A program made the position numbers and the translations under genes. A DNA stretch of 64,000 nt, from positions 128,001-192,000 of the forward strand of contig CBDBGH010000003.1 in NCBI GenBank assembly GCA_965205265.1, given 5' to 3'. Every line of letters begins with the position of its first letter. Positions within the stretch are counted from its first letter, which is position 1. The DNA comes from Alphaproteobacteria bacterium (GTDB taxonomy: Bacteria > Pseudomonadota > Alphaproteobacteria > Bin95). Positions 1-10,038 of the stretch are shown here, one piece after another. The notes beneath the pieces were generated by a model that had not been told where the DNA came from, did not search any database, and saw only the letters and a list, made by a program, of their open reading frames with translations.

Positions 1-443
1 TGAACCCGGAGAAGATCGCCGAGGCCGCACGATGGGACGGGCTCACCGGCGTCATCACCAATCTGCGCGACGCGCGCGTCACCGAAGTGATGGCTCACTA
101 CCAGGGGCTCTGGCAGGTCGAGGAGAGCTTCCGGATCACCAAACACGACCTGAAGATACGTCCCATCTGGCACTGGAACCCGGACCGGATCCGCGCTCAC
201 ATCGCCATCGCCTTCCTGGCCTTCGCCTGCGTTCGACACCTTGCGTACCGCGTCGCCATCCAGAAGCGGCGGATGTCCCCGGAGGTCATCCGCTCCGCCC
301 TCGTCCACCGCCAGTGCTCCCTGCTGCGCTGTCGGCAATCGGGCAACCGCTACGTCATCCCCTCGAAGCCGACACCGGCGGCGGAGCAGATTTACGCAAC
401 CATGGGGCTGCCCCTGACGATCACCCCGTATCAACTCGCCTGA
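1..443 (+). CDS. IS1634-family DDE transposase, C-terminal part (5' truncated by window)
   Basis: Open frame from position 3: ...ARWDGLTGVITNL...HYQGLWQVEESFRITKHDLKIRPIWHWNPDRIRAHIAIAFLA, the Y-x2-LW-x-VE-x-FR-x-K / RP-x-H / RIRAH signature of IS1634 transposases. Confidence 0.85.
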   Translation, partial: NPEKIAEAARWDGLTGVITNLRDARVTEVMAHYQGLWQVEESFRITKHDLKIRPIWHWNPDRIRAHIAIAFLAFACVRHLAYRVAIQKRRMSPEVIRSALVHRQCSLLRCRQSGNRYVIPSKPTPAAEQIYATMGLPLTITPYQLA

Positions 444-546
444 CCGTCGACGAAGCACGGCTCGAAGAAATGCCGGATGTAGTGCCTAGCCGAAATGAGA
501 ACCAGGCAATATCAACTACTTATGCGAATCAACCGTCGAAGTCAGG
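1..546 (+). mobile_element. Right end of IS1634-family element
   Basis: Transposase 3' end followed by CCGTCGAAGTCAGG ending at 546, which resembles IS1634-type right termini as recalled; the left end is outside the window so the IR cannot be confirmed. Confidence 0.6.
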
Positions 547-594
547 AAAAATTACCGAGTGCCGTATCCATCCTTCCCCGTCCAGCCGCCCCGC

Positions 595-720
595 TTACGG
601 GCGGCCGGCTTCTTCAAGGTCCGCAAGCATCTCTTCGACGGTGGCGAAGCGCGCCCTGCCGGCCTTCACGATGTCATCGGCCTCGACCATGGCCGCACGG
701 GTCCCGGCGCCGAGTTGCAC
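595..720 (-). pseudogene. C-terminal remnant of RelB/DinJ-type antitoxin
   Basis: Minus strand reads VQLGAGTRAAMVEADDIVKAGRARFATVEEMLADLEEAGRP*, resembling the DinJ C-terminus (T.AAM.EA..I....ARF.T.EEL.ADL); no N-terminal RHH region and no toxin gene. Confidence 0.5.
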
Positions 721-771
721 ATAGAGCGGAGAATGCGGCAGGCGGTAGTCGCCACCTGACAGACCAGTGTT

Positions 772-2517
772 TCAGTCGAACAGGTCACCAGTGGTATCGA
801 CTGTTGGCCACCTTCGTTGATATCGGACTTCCTCGTAGCGATCCCGTGCTAACGCTCTGGCGTGTTGTGCCAGCCGTGCATCATGCATCCATCGCGCTTT
901 CCGGTTCTCTTCGAACAATCCCTTCATGGTCAACTTCGCGCCCTTTCGACCATTGCAGGGCCGACAAAGCAGGACACGGTTGGAAATGTCGTTCTCGCCG
1001 CCATCCGCACGAGGCTGGATGTGATCAAGCTCCATGAAGGGCGTCTCCAGCTCCCGGCCGCATCCAGCGCACAAGATAAGGCCCTCGGTAATGCTCTGCG
1101 CCTCGGTCAACTCTCTCACTATCTCCGCCCGTGACAGCCTTTGCCAAGGCTCCAGAGGTAACGCCCGTCTTTCAATAGCGCGCAAAAACGGCGATGCTGG
1201 CAGGCCGTCGTCGGTGCGAGCCGGAATCTCTGCCGTAAAATAAACTTCATGGATAAACAGATCGCCACGTTCCGCTTCCGGCAAAGCAAGTCGTTCCCGC
1301 GCCATGCGGTCCAGTACAACCTTCTTGGCGTTGTCCCATATATCCATGCCAACCCACTGGCGATTCAGCCGCTCGGCTGCAACTAAGGTAGTAGCACAAC
1401 CAGCAAAGGGATCACATACTATGTCGCCGATCTGGGTGGACGACAGAATCATCCGAGAATAGAGACCAATCGGCTTCTGGGTTGGGAATCCAACGCGCTC
1501 CTTCTTATCCCGATCCGGGATCCAACGAACGTCCTTGTCAATTTCATCTTCGGTTTCCCGCAGGAGTCCTTTCGTGTAAGGCTGGTACGCCCACACGTCC
1601 TGCAAGGGAACACCGGGGCTGTCTGCGAGATACTGTCGATACTGCGGAAGATAATTAGAGCTGAAATCAATGAAACCCCTCTTGTAGAGAGCATCCAGCT
1701 TTTCGTGCTGCGGCAGATTCGGATCGATTCCGAGTGACAATACCAGTTTTGAGGGCACCGCCCAATGGCGGCCCTTGGCTGTAGGATCGAAGCCGCGCCA
1801 TGGCTTCCCGCTGACACCGTTCCGCGTTCCTAAGCCGTGCAGTTCTTGCTCTCGATAACGACCCCTGTCATCTTCTTTGTTGAAGTACTCCTCCACATAA
1901 CCGGTCAGGTAGGGTGAGAATTGAACGACATGATTGTACTCCGGCATCGCGTAGAATAGAATCACATCATGGTTCGGCCCGAATTTGTCCGCCGCATTAT
2001 GCGCCGCCGATCTCCGCCACACGATCTCGTTTCGAAAATTCTTCCACCCGAAAATCGCATCCATGACGGCCTTGAGGTAATGTGAAGCTGTGGGGTCGCA
2101 GTGCAGATAGATGCTGCCTGTCAGTTTGAGGATACGCCGCATTTCCAGCAAGCGGACAGCCATGAAGCACATGAATGCGCCCATGCCGTCAGAGTGGGCA
2201 TAGCGGGCACTTTCAATGGCCTCCATGAGCCGGGGATAGTCATCAGTAATTTGATCGGTCCATTCCTGATGCACATCTCGTTTCCATGACCAACGGTCCT
2301 GAAACTTCGCCCCTGCTGCGAGGCTATCCGGCGTCGCATGGAAATCTCGGCTTTTGTTGAACGGCGGATCGGTGGCGATAAGATCCACGCTCTGGCTATT
2401 CATGGCGCGCAGAAACGGTAGATTGTCACCATGGAAGAGAGTACGATTCCGCCAGTTGGCTTCCCTGCCGGATTGCCCCTCTCTCGGCCTAGACCGATTC
2501 CTTAACCCTCTCGCCAT
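772..2517 (-). CDS. Beta-class amino (N6A/N4C) DNA methyltransferase fused to C-terminal HNH endonuclease
   Basis: GDNL..L, DLIATDPPF (motif IV), IYLHCDPTASHYLK, FPTQKP, DPFAGCATT (motif I); C-terminus CAGC...LDHIQPRADGG...NRVLLCRPCNGRK. Native ATG at 2517; the listed 2547 start lies inside IS66. Confidence 0.9.
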   Translation of the reverse strand: MARGLRNRSRPREGQSGREANWRNRTLFHGDNLPFLRAMNSQSVDLIATDPPFNKSRDFHATPDSLAAGAKFQDRWSWKRDVHQEWTDQITDDYPRLMEAIESARYAHSDGMGAFMCFMAVRLLEMRRILKLTGSIYLHCDPTASHYLKAVMDAIFGWKNFRNEIVWRRSAAHNAADKFGPNHDVILFYAMPEYNHVVQFSPYLTGYVEEYFNKEDDRGRYREQELHGLGTRNGVSGKPWRGFDPTAKGRHWAVPSKLVLSLGIDPNLPQHEKLDALYKRGFIDFSSNYLPQYRQYLADSPGVPLQDVWAYQPYTKGLLRETEDEIDKDVRWIPDRDKKERVGFPTQKPIGLYSRMILSSTQIGDIVCDPFAGCATTLVAAERLNRQWVGMDIWDNAKKVVLDRMARERLALPEAERGDLFIHEVYFTAEIPARTDDGLPASPFLRAIERRALPLEPWQRLSRAEIVRELTEAQSITEGLILCAGCGRELETPFMELDHIQPRADGGENDISNRVLLCRPCNGRKGAKLTMKGLFEENRKARWMHDARLAQHARALARDRYEEVRYQRRWPTVDTTGDLFD

Positions 2518-2602
2518 GCGTATGCGGTGCGAGCGCCCCACCTTCATACAGGCCTGGTGATGTGGGAGTTAGGGTTCGGAATGAGACGAAGGGAATTTCT
2601 CA

Positions 2603-3001
2603 TTGGAGCCCTCAGCAGAGCTTCTCACCAACGCCAGGGTTGAAGTGTTGCCGGCGCGTGGCGGCTTTCGCCGTCGCTGGCCGGCTTCGGTGAAAGCGCG
2701 GATTGTTGCCGAGACACTGGAGGAAGGCGCGACGGTCGCCGGGGTAGCGCGTCGCTACGAGATCAACTCGAACCAGCTGTCGGAATGGCGCCGCCAGGCA
2801 CGGAAGGGCCTTCTGGTGTTGCCTGCGGAGGGCGAGATGGGTTTTGCTCCGGTGGTCTTGCGTCAGGATGAGCGCCGGGTTCCCGCTGCGGGCAGCGACC
2901 GCCTGGAAGTGATCCAGGACCGGGTGACGCTCCGTCTGGACGCCGCGACACCGGCTTGCCGGATCGCCGAGATCGTGTCGGCGTTGAACGCATCGGTATG
3001 A
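2603..3001 (+). CDS. tnpA: IS66 accessory protein TnpA (HTH)
   Basis: RRRWPASVKARIVAETLEEGATVAGVARRYEINSNQLSEWRRQ, an HTH_Tnp_1-type motif. Confidence 0.88.
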   Translation: MEPSAELLTNARVEVLPARGGFRRRWPASVKARIVAETLEEGATVAGVARRYEINSNQLSEWRRQARKGLLVLPAEGEMGFAPVVLRQDERRVPAAGSDRLEVIQDRVTLRLDAATPACRIAEIVSALNASV

Positions 3002-3351
3002 TCTTCCCATCGAACCGGGTCCGGATCGTGGTTGCGACGAAGCCCGTGGACTTCAGGAAGCAGCACGACGGCCTTGTTGCGCATGTGAAGAGCGTATTGC
3101 GCAAGGACCCGTTCACGGGAACGGTCTTCGCGTTCCGTACGAAACGAGCTGACAGGCTGAAGCTGATCTACTGGGACGGGACCGGCCTGGTGATGGTCTA
3201 CAAGCGTCTGGAGGACCAGGGCTTTGTCTGGCCGGCGATCCGCGACGGGGTGATGTCGCTGAGCCATGCGCAGTTCGAGGCGCTGTTCTCCGGGCTGGAC
3301 TGGCGCCGTGTGCGAGCGCTGTCGGCACGGCGCCCGGCTGAGGCCGAATGA
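2998..3351 (+). CDS. tnpB: IS66 accessory protein TnpB
   Basis: ATKPVDFRKQHDGL...DPFTGTVFAFR..RADRLKLIYWDGTGLVMVYKRLE; ATGA overlap with tnpA. Confidence 0.93.
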   Translation: MIFPSNRVRIVVATKPVDFRKQHDGLVAHVKSVLRKDPFTGTVFAFRTKRADRLKLIYWDGTGLVMVYKRLEDQGFVWPAIRDGVMSLSHAQFEALFSGLDWRRVRALSARRPAEAE

Positions 3352-3406
3352 CTCACTGGGCGGATCGGGGCGTGCCGCGTCCCGACACTGTGCTACCAGA
3401 CTGGCC

Positions 3407-5049
3407 ATGCCGGCCCTTGCGGAGATCGACCTCGGAACGCTGACGCCCGAACAGCGGGAAGCGGCGGTGCAGGCAATCGCGGCGCTGGAGGTGCTTCGCG
3501 CCGAGAACGAGACGCTGGCGGAAGAGAAGGCCTGTCTCGCGGGCGAGAACGAAGTTCTGACGGACCGCAACGGGGCTCAGGCGGAGCGCATCCGCCGTCT
3601 CGAACATCTGAACCTCGAACTGATCCGCCTTCTGTATGGCAAGAGGTCGGAGAAGCTGTCGGCGGACGAGCGCCAGCTGGCGTTCGAGGACCTTGAGGGC
3701 GCGGCGGCGGAGATCGAAGCAGCGGCCGCGCCGGAAGATCCGACGCCGGCCCAATCGCCGAAGCGTCCTCGCCCGGCGCGCAATATCGGCCACTTGCCGG
3801 AGCATCTGGAGCGGATCGAGCAGGTGGTCGAGCCGGAGAGCACGCTCTGCCCCTGCGGCTGCGGGGAGATGGTGAAGATTGGCGAGGATCGCACGGAGCG
3901 CCTGGACATCGTGCCGGCGCAGCTTCGGGTGATCGTCACGGTGCGGCCGAAATACGCCTGCCGGGCCTGCGAACAGAGCGTCACCCAGGCGCCGGCGCCG
4001 GCCCGGCTGATCGAGGGCGGGTTGCCGACCGAAGGTGCGGCGCCCATGTGCTCGTCTCCAAATACCTGGACCATTGCCCGTTGCACCGGCAGGCGCAGGT
4101 CTATGCCCGTTCCGGCCTCGATCTGGACCGCTCGACGCTGGCCGGCTGGGTCGGCAGGGCGTCATTCCATCTGAAACCGGTGGCCGACCGGCTGGCGGAG
4201 CATCTCAAGCGCTCTTCGAAGCTGTTCATGGACGAGACGCGGGCGCCGGTGCTCGATCCGGGCCGCGGCAGGACCAAGACCGGCTGGCTGTGGGCGCTGG
4301 CCCGCGACGACCGTGCCTGGAGCGGACCCGACCCGCCGGGCGTTGTGTACTTCTATGCGCCCGGGCGCGGCGGTGAATATGCCGAGCGCTTCCTCGACGG
4401 CTTCGATGGTATCCTCCAGGTGGATGGCTATGCCGGCTACAACCGGCTGACTGGACCGAGCCGCAAGGGCGGCGCGCCGATACGGCTGGCTTACTGCTGG
4501 TCCCACGCGAGGCGCCGGCTCCGCGAGATCTACGACAGCAGCGGCTCCGAGATCGCGGCAGAGGGCCTGCGCCGGATCGCCGAGCTCTACGCCATCGAGG
4601 CCGACATCCGCGGCAGCCCGCCCGAGCAACGTCTCGCAGAACGACACGCGCGCTCCGCGCCCCTGGTCGAGGCCTTCGGCGACTGGCTGAAGCAGCAGCG
4701 CGCCCGCATCTCGCCCAAGTCCCGCCTCGGCGAGAAGCTCGCCTATATCGCCCGTCACTGGGACGGCCTCCGGCTGTTCCTCGCCGACGGCCGCGTCGAG
4801 ATGGACAGCAATGCCGTCGAGAACCTCGCCCGGCCGATTGCCCTTACAAGGAAAAACGCGCTCTTCGCGGGTCACGACGAAGGCGCAGTCGCCTGGGGCC
4901 GGATCGCTTCACTCACCCAGACCGCCAGGTTGAACGGGGTCGAGCCCTACGCCTGGCTCAAGGCCACCCTCGAAGCCATCGCGGTCGGCCATCCCAACGA
5001 CCGCATCGACGACCTGCTCCCGTGGAACTTCAAGCCGTCGTCAAGCTGA
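3407..5049 (+). pseudogene. tnpC: IS66 transposase TnpC, frameshifted
   Basis: Coiled coil, YGKRSEKL, CPCGC zinc finger, RPKYACRAC, then MDET, LQVDGYAGY, CWSHARR, DSNAVE; frame changes at 4040-4041 (GGLPTEGA-gc-AHVLVSKY). Confidence 0.88.
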
Positions 5050-5168
5050 AATCCGGGTGACCCGCCCGCATCGCTTACCGCCATGCTGCTCTCCCGCATA
5101 ATAGATAGGTAAGGTTAGACATGGTACATTCGGCTATTCAAGTATCCAATCCTACTTGTATGCGGCCG

Positions 5169-6257
5169 TCACCTTACCAGACGAAGATGCCGTCTAACGG
5201 GATTGTCGGGTAGCGGGTACATGCTTCGAAGGTCATCTTCGAATACATGAAGAATGGAGCATAGGTCTTTGATTCCATAATCTAAATCCTCAAGGTGTAT
5301 CCGGATGATCTCCGGTAGAACGCCCGGTTCCTCTACGGGAAAGTCCAGTTCCGAAGGTTCCCTTCTCCTGTAGCCCAAGTAGCTGATTTGTCTCCAAAGG
5401 TATTGGCTTTGGTTCGCGGTAATCGCTCCTATAGTTTTGGCCCGGTAGAGAAGTGCCTGCATCGAGACCCGCCACACCAGCTTCAACTCGGCGAGCTTCT
5501 CGATCGTGAGCCGTCCGGATAGATATGGGCGTATGTCCTTAGCGGGCATTAGCAGTGCTGAGGCGAAGGCGTTGGCTTCGTCTTCCATTGTAGGGGACGG
5601 TATCCGATGCATGACGATGTGGCCGAGTTCATGTCCGAGACTGTAACGCTGACGGTCGGCCGGCTGGTTCCGGTTCAAAAATATGCACGGTGGCATATCC
5701 AGGGAGCTTATGGTTACCCCATCCACCGACAAAGCGGCGAAGTCGCAGTGGATCACGATGCAACCGGCACTTTCGACCCAACCCACCAAATCCTTCATGG
5801 GCCCCATCGGAACGAGCCAATTTCGGCGCAAGAGCTCCGCGATCCGCTCCGCATCGCCGTCAAACTCGTCGATGTCCATAATTGGCAGCGAAAGTTCCGG
5901 TTGAAAGTCCGCAGACTTCAACAATCGCCGGATATGAAACAGACGAATATTGAGTTCGGCCTCAAGCCGCTCAAGGCTACGCTGGCCGACGCTTGCCCTC
6001 TTTCGATACATCGGATGAACGCTCATCGGTAGTCCGAGCACCTTGTCCGGCTCGAAGAACAGCGATCTGGGAAAGCGGAGAGCATGGGCGATGCGATCAA
6101 CAACCTCATCGGTTGGGTCGTCGATCAACTCGTTCTCCAGCTTCGACTGATGGGCTTGGGAGACGCCCGACCTCTTGGAGAGTTCAGTTTGACTCCATCC
6201 CCTCGCCTGTCTGCCTGTTCGCAGCAGATCGGCGTTGAAACTGCCGGACACGGTCAA
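5169..6257 (-). CDS. XRE HTH + ImmA/IrrE (Peptidase_M78) metallopeptidase; RmrA-like antitoxin
   Basis: N-terminal HTH (RQARGWSQTELSKRSGVSQAHQSKLE) and RQRYSLGHELGH...EDEANAFASALLMP (HEXXH). Confidence 0.9.
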   Translation of the reverse strand: MTVSGSFNADLLRTGRQARGWSQTELSKRSGVSQAHQSKLENELIDDPTDEVVDRIAHALRFPRSLFFEPDKVLGLPMSVHPMYRKRASVGQRSLERLEAELNIRLFHIRRLLKSADFQPELSLPIMDIDEFDGDAERIAELLRRNWLVPMGPMKDLVGWVESAGCIVIHCDFAALSVDGVTISSLDMPPCIFLNRNQPADRQRYSLGHELGHIVMHRIPSPTMEDEANAFASALLMPAKDIRPYLSGRLTIEKLAELKLVWRVSMQALLYRAKTIGAITANQSQYLWRQISYLGYRRREPSELDFPVEEPGVLPEIIRIHLEDLDYGIKDLCSILHVFEDDLRSMYPLPDNPVRRHLRLVR

Positions 6258-6859
6258 CCGCGCTTGGTCCGGTTCCGAGTCTCGGATGCATCGCGCGGGC
6301 GAACCAAGCGAGACGCGGGAAGCCTCGGGGGCTGACCAATGGGTGCCGGCATAGGCAATGGCATACCGCTTGTGGCGGCGTCGAGCAGACTATACGTCCA
6401 GACCACTGTATCCCCATCGCGAGCGACCACGATGATATCGACGACTTGAGTCTCAAGCCGATTGAGTTGGTACACAACCTCAACGCGTTCGACTTCAGGT
6501 AGGAGACCGGGCAGGTCCTGGTTATGATCGTGAAACGCAAGGGCGAGTTGGGTTCGAACATTGGTGCTCAACCCGTTTTCGTCCCCTTTCTTGAACCGAA
6601 AGAAGACACGATCATCGATCAGGAACCCAAACGTCGCGAGGCTGCCGATAATGAGGACACCCGGCGTCCCGTCGAATGCATGGTGCACTCGGTCAATAAT
6701 CTGTTCCCATACGAAGTTGGCTCGACTGCGCTTACACCGCCAGGTTCCAGGGTGTGGACTGGCAAGCCAATCTGACCAAGCGCCGTGTACTGCCGCCACA
6801 ATAACCTGCCGGTGCTTGTCGATGATCGGTTCGATAATTTCTCTTCTTGGAACAGGCAT
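6254..6859 (-). CDS. Hypothetical protein, putative toxin partner of the XRE-ImmA/IrrE protein
   Basis: GGAGG RBS, 4-nt overlap with the downstream peptidase gene, motif FRFKKGDENGLSTNVRTQ; toxin role inferred from context. Confidence 0.7.
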   Translation of the reverse strand: MPVPRREIIEPIIDKHRQVIVAAVHGAWSDWLASPHPGTWRCKRSRANFVWEQIIDRVHHAFDGTPGVLIIGSLATFGFLIDDRVFFRFKKGDENGLSTNVRTQLALAFHDHNQDLPGLLPEVERVEVVYQLNRLETQVVDIIVVARDGDTVVWTYSLLDAATSGMPLPMPAPIGQPPRLPASRLVRPRDASETRNRTKRG

Positions 6860-7059
6860 GCTGTGGCCTCCAAAGTGCCAAAGCACCCTATCCCAGCCGT
6901 TTTACAATTTCAACAGCAAATTATTCACAAAACTATTCTCGATTGCCCGAACTCCTCACCCCCGCCCGGCCTCCAGCCGCCAGCGCCATCGCCCACAGCC
7001 GTGACAGAGTCGCCGCCCGCGCGTAGCATGGCGGGAGGCCGGGGAGCGGAGAGCATGGC

Positions 7060-7641
7060 ATGAGCGAAGGCGCGGCGTTGCGCCGGAAGAAGCCGGCCCG
7101 CAAGGCTACCTACCGGGACGTGCTCGACGCGCCGGCGCATATGGTGGCGGAAATCGTGGATGGCTTGCTTCATTTGCAGCGAAGGCCGCCCACGCTGGCG
7201 GCCCTGGCGAAGACCGCTCTCGCCAGCGAGATCGGCGGTCCGTTCTTCAAGGGCCGGGACGGGCCGGGCGGCTGGTGGATCGTCAACGAGCCCGAGCTTC
7301 ATTTCGGCGAGGACATTGTGGTTCCCGACATTGCCGGCTGGCGGCGGGAGCGCATGCCGACAGTGCCCGATGCGGCCTTTTTGACTCTCGCGCCGGACTG
7401 GGTTTGCGAAGTCCTTTCCCCCTCGACGCGGAAGCTGGACCTCGAAGGCAAGCGCCCGATCTATGCGCGGGAAGGCGTGCGCCACCTCTGGTTCGTCGAT
7501 CCGGCGGCGCGGACGCTGGAGGCGTTCGTGTTGCGCGACGGCGGCGCGTGGACGCCGGCCGGGGCGGCGCGGGAGGACGAGCCGGTGTCCCTCCCGCCCT
7601 TCGAGGCCGTCGCCTTCCCGCTCGGCGCGCTCTGGCCCTGA
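7060..7641 (+). CDS. Uma2 family (PD-(D/E)XK) putative endonuclease
   Basis: VAEIVDGLL, EPELHFGEDIVVPDIAGWRRER, APDWVCEVLSPST, K..IYAREGVRHLWFVDP. Confidence 0.92.
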   Translation: MSEGAALRRKKPARKATYRDVLDAPAHMVAEIVDGLLHLQRRPPTLAALAKTALASEIGGPFFKGRDGPGGWWIVNEPELHFGEDIVVPDIAGWRRERMPTVPDAAFLTLAPDWVCEVLSPSTRKLDLEGKRPIYAREGVRHLWFVDPAARTLEAFVLRDGGAWTPAGAAREDEPVSLPPFEAVAFPLGALWP

Positions 7642-7715
7642 CGCGGGGCGGCTGTTGCAGCGCCCGTTGTCGGAACGCTCTTGCCATCCAGCCTCACGAT
7701 CTCCAAAGTCAGGGC

Positions 7716-7955
7716 ATGTTCGAATCGACCGACACGATTCCGATCCTGCTTGCCATCGTCGGCGTGGGCGGCGTTCTCGCCGGCATGGCGTGGCGCATGG
7801 CGGCCCGGCTCGACCGGCGCATAACCGAGGACAAGCGCGCCGCCGATGCGGACCGCCGCGCGTTCCAGAACGCCATGGACGACTTCCGGGCCGAGATGCA
7901 ACGCCTTGCCGAGCGGCAGTCCCGCGTCGAAGGCCGGTTCGACGCCGCCGGATAG
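7716..7955 (+). CDS. Small membrane-anchored coiled-coil protein (79 aa)
   Basis: MFESTDTIPILLAIVGVGGVLAGMAW (TM) followed by charged heptads ending RLAERQSRVEG. Confidence 0.65.
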   Translation: MFESTDTIPILLAIVGVGGVLAGMAWRMAARLDRRITEDKRAADADRRAFQNAMDDFRAEMQRLAERQSRVEGRFDAAG

Positions 7956-7966
7956 GCGGCCCGCCT

Positions 7967-9583
7967 TCACCCCCGCGCATCCTCCAGCGCCATCGCCGCG
8001 CCCTTCTCCGCAATCATGATGGTGGGGCTGTTGGTGTTGCCGGAGGTGATGGTCGGCATGACCGAGGCGTCTATGACGCGGAGGTTCTCCAGGCCGCGGA
8101 CCTTGAGGCGGTCGGTCACGACGGCGCCCGGATCGCTGCCCATGCGGCAGGTGCCGACGGGGTGGAAGATGGTGGTGCCGATATTGCCTGCCGCCTCCGC
8201 CAGCGCCGCGTCCGAGTCGAGCGCTGCGCCGGGCAGGTATTCCTCGGGCTCGTAGGGCGCGAGCGAGGGGGCGGCGGCGATGCGGCGCGTGAGGCGGATC
8301 GCGGCCACCGCCACCTGCCGGTCGGCCTCCGTCGAGAGGTAGTTGGGCCGGATCGCGGGCGGCTCCTCCGGGTCCGGCGATTTGAGGCTCACCACGCCCC
8401 GGCTCTCCGGGCGGAGGTTGCACACCGACGCCGTGAAGGCCGGGAAGCGGTGCAGCGGCTCGCCGAAACGGTCCAGCGACAGCGGCTGCACATGGTATTG
8501 CAGGTTCGCGGTCTCGCGCGCGGGGTCGGACTTCGCGAAGGCGCCCAGCTGGCTCGGCGCCATGGTGAGCGGCCCGCGCCGGAAGAGCGCATATTCGAGC
8601 CCCATGCCGAGCTTGCCGAGCAGGCTGTTCGCGCGCCGGTTCAGCGTCTCGACATGCGCGACCCGGTAGATCAGGCGCAGCTGGAGATGGTCCTGGAGGT
8701 TGGCGCCGACGCCGGGAAGCTCATGGTGGACCGCGACGCCGTTCTCCCGCAGCAGCGCGCCCGGCCCGACGCCCGAGACCTGCAGCAGGTGCGGCGAGCC
8801 GATGGCGCCGGCCGCCAGGACGAGCTCGCCCGCGACTTCGGCGCGCGCCGGCCGGCCCTTCAGGCGGAACTCCAGGGCGCTCGCGCGGGGTCCGTCGAAC
8901 AGGATGCGCCGCGCCTGGGCGTGCGTGACCACGGTCAGGTTGGGGCGGTTCCGCACGGGCTTGAGGAAAGCGTCGGCGGCGGTCCAGCGCACGCCGCGGC
9001 GCTGGTTGACCATGAACTTCCCCGTGCCCTCATTGTCGCCGTCGTTGAAGTCGGGCGTCGGCGGCAGGCCGGTATCGGCGCAGGCGCGCTGGAAGGCGTC
9101 GAGGATCTCCCAGCCGACCCGGGGCTCCTCCACCCGCCACTCGCCGTCCGCCCCGTGGAATTCGTCCGCCGGGCCGAAATGGCGCTCCGACTTGCGGAAC
9201 CAGGGCAGCACATCGTCCCAGCCCCAGCCGCGATTGCCCATCTGCGCCCAGCCATCGTAGTCGCGCGCCTGGCCGCGCATGTAGATCATGCCGTTGATCG
9301 CCGAGCAGCCGCCCAGCACCCGCCCGCGCGGATAGGCGAGCGCGCGCCCGTTCAGGCCGGGCTCCGCCTCGGTGGCGAAGCACCAGTCGGTGCGCGGGTT
9401 GTTCTGGGTGTAGAGATAGCCGACGGGGATCTTGATCCAGATGTAGTTGTCGCGCCCACCCGCCTCCAGCAGCAGCACGCGGTTGCGCGCATCCTCCGAA
9501 AGCCGGTTCGCCAGCACACACCCCGCCGAGCCCGCCCCCACCACGACATAGTCGAAGCTGCCGAGGCTCGCGGGCCCGGTCAT
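7967..9583 (-). CDS. GMC family FAD oxidoreductase (choline dehydrogenase-like)
   Basis: [70 protein letters not shown]. Confidence 0.95.
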   Translation of the reverse strand: MTGPASLGSFDYVVVGAGSAGCVLANRLSEDARNRVLLLEAGGRDNYIWIKIPVGYLYTQNNPRTDWCFATEAEPGLNGRALAYPRGRVLGGCSAINGMIYMRGQARDYDGWAQMGNRGWGWDDVLPWFRKSERHFGPADEFHGADGEWRVEEPRVGWEILDAFQRACADTGLPPTPDFNDGDNEGTGKFMVNQRRGVRWTAADAFLKPVRNRPNLTVVTHAQARRILFDGPRASALEFRLKGRPARAEVAGELVLAAGAIGSPHLLQVSGVGPGALLRENGVAVHHELPGVGANLQDHLQLRLIYRVAHVETLNRRANSLLGKLGMGLEYALFRRGPLTMAPSQLGAFAKSDPARETANLQYHVQPLSLDRFGEPLHRFPAFTASVCNLRPESRGVVSLKSPDPEEPPAIRPNYLSTEADRQVAVAAIRLTRRIAAAPSLAPYEPEEYLPGAALDSDAALAEAAGNIGTTIFHPVGTCRMGSDPGAVVTDRLKVRGLENLRVIDASVMPTITSGNTNSPTIMIAEKGAAMALEDARG

Positions 9584-10005
9584 GCCGCCTGCGTCGTCAC
9601 TACAAGGCGTTCGCCGAGCAGCCGGAGCGCGGCCTCAACCCGGTCGATATGCGAACGGTGGTCGAGGTCGAGCAAGCGCCGAACCGCGCCCTCTGTCGTT
9701 CCGAGCTCGGCGGCAAGCGCGGTATTGCCGAGTCCGTGGCTGCGCATGGCGCAATAGAGCGCCAGTTTCGCCGCCGCCAGGGCAGGCAGGGCAATCAGCG
9801 GCCGCCCGCGGGCCGGAGACGGTTTCGGAATGGAGCGCCGCAGTTCGATATACCCGCCCAAGGCGGCGATCAGGCAGTCCTCCGCCTCGGACAGGGCCTC
9901 GTCCTCCGTATCGCCATCGGTCAGAGCCTCGGGAATGTCGGGGAACGACACCAGGACGGTGCCATCGCCTTGCGCTTCCAGACTAACGGGATAAGCGAGC
10001 CGCAT
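9580..10005 (-). CDS. hicB: HicB family antitoxin
   Basis: [41 protein letters not shown] plus C-terminal HTH. Confidence 0.9.
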   Translation of the reverse strand: MRLAYPVSLEAQGDGTVLVSFPDIPEALTDGDTEDEALSEAEDCLIAALGGYIELRRSIPKPSPARGRPLIALPALAAAKLALYCAMRSHGLGNTALAAELGTTEGAVRRLLDLDHRSHIDRVEAALRLLGERLVVTTQAA

Positions 10006-10038
10006 CGTCTGCGCCTTTCTTTACGTTCTCACCGGTTC

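Larger units (their letters stand above)
2520..5078 (+). mobile_element. IS66-family insertion sequence (tnpA-tnpB-tnpC) with 8-bp target duplication
   Basis: Left IR GTATGCGGTGCGAGCGCCCCACC (from 2520) versus reverse complement of right IR GTAAGCGATGCGGGCGGGTCACC (to 5078); flanking direct repeat CGCCATGC at 2512-2519 and 5079-5086. Confidence 0.95.

Noticed and set aside
2518-2547. N-terminal MKVGRSHRIR of the listed 591-aa MTase ORF
   Set aside because: Encoded almost entirely by the IS66 left end; the native start is 2517.
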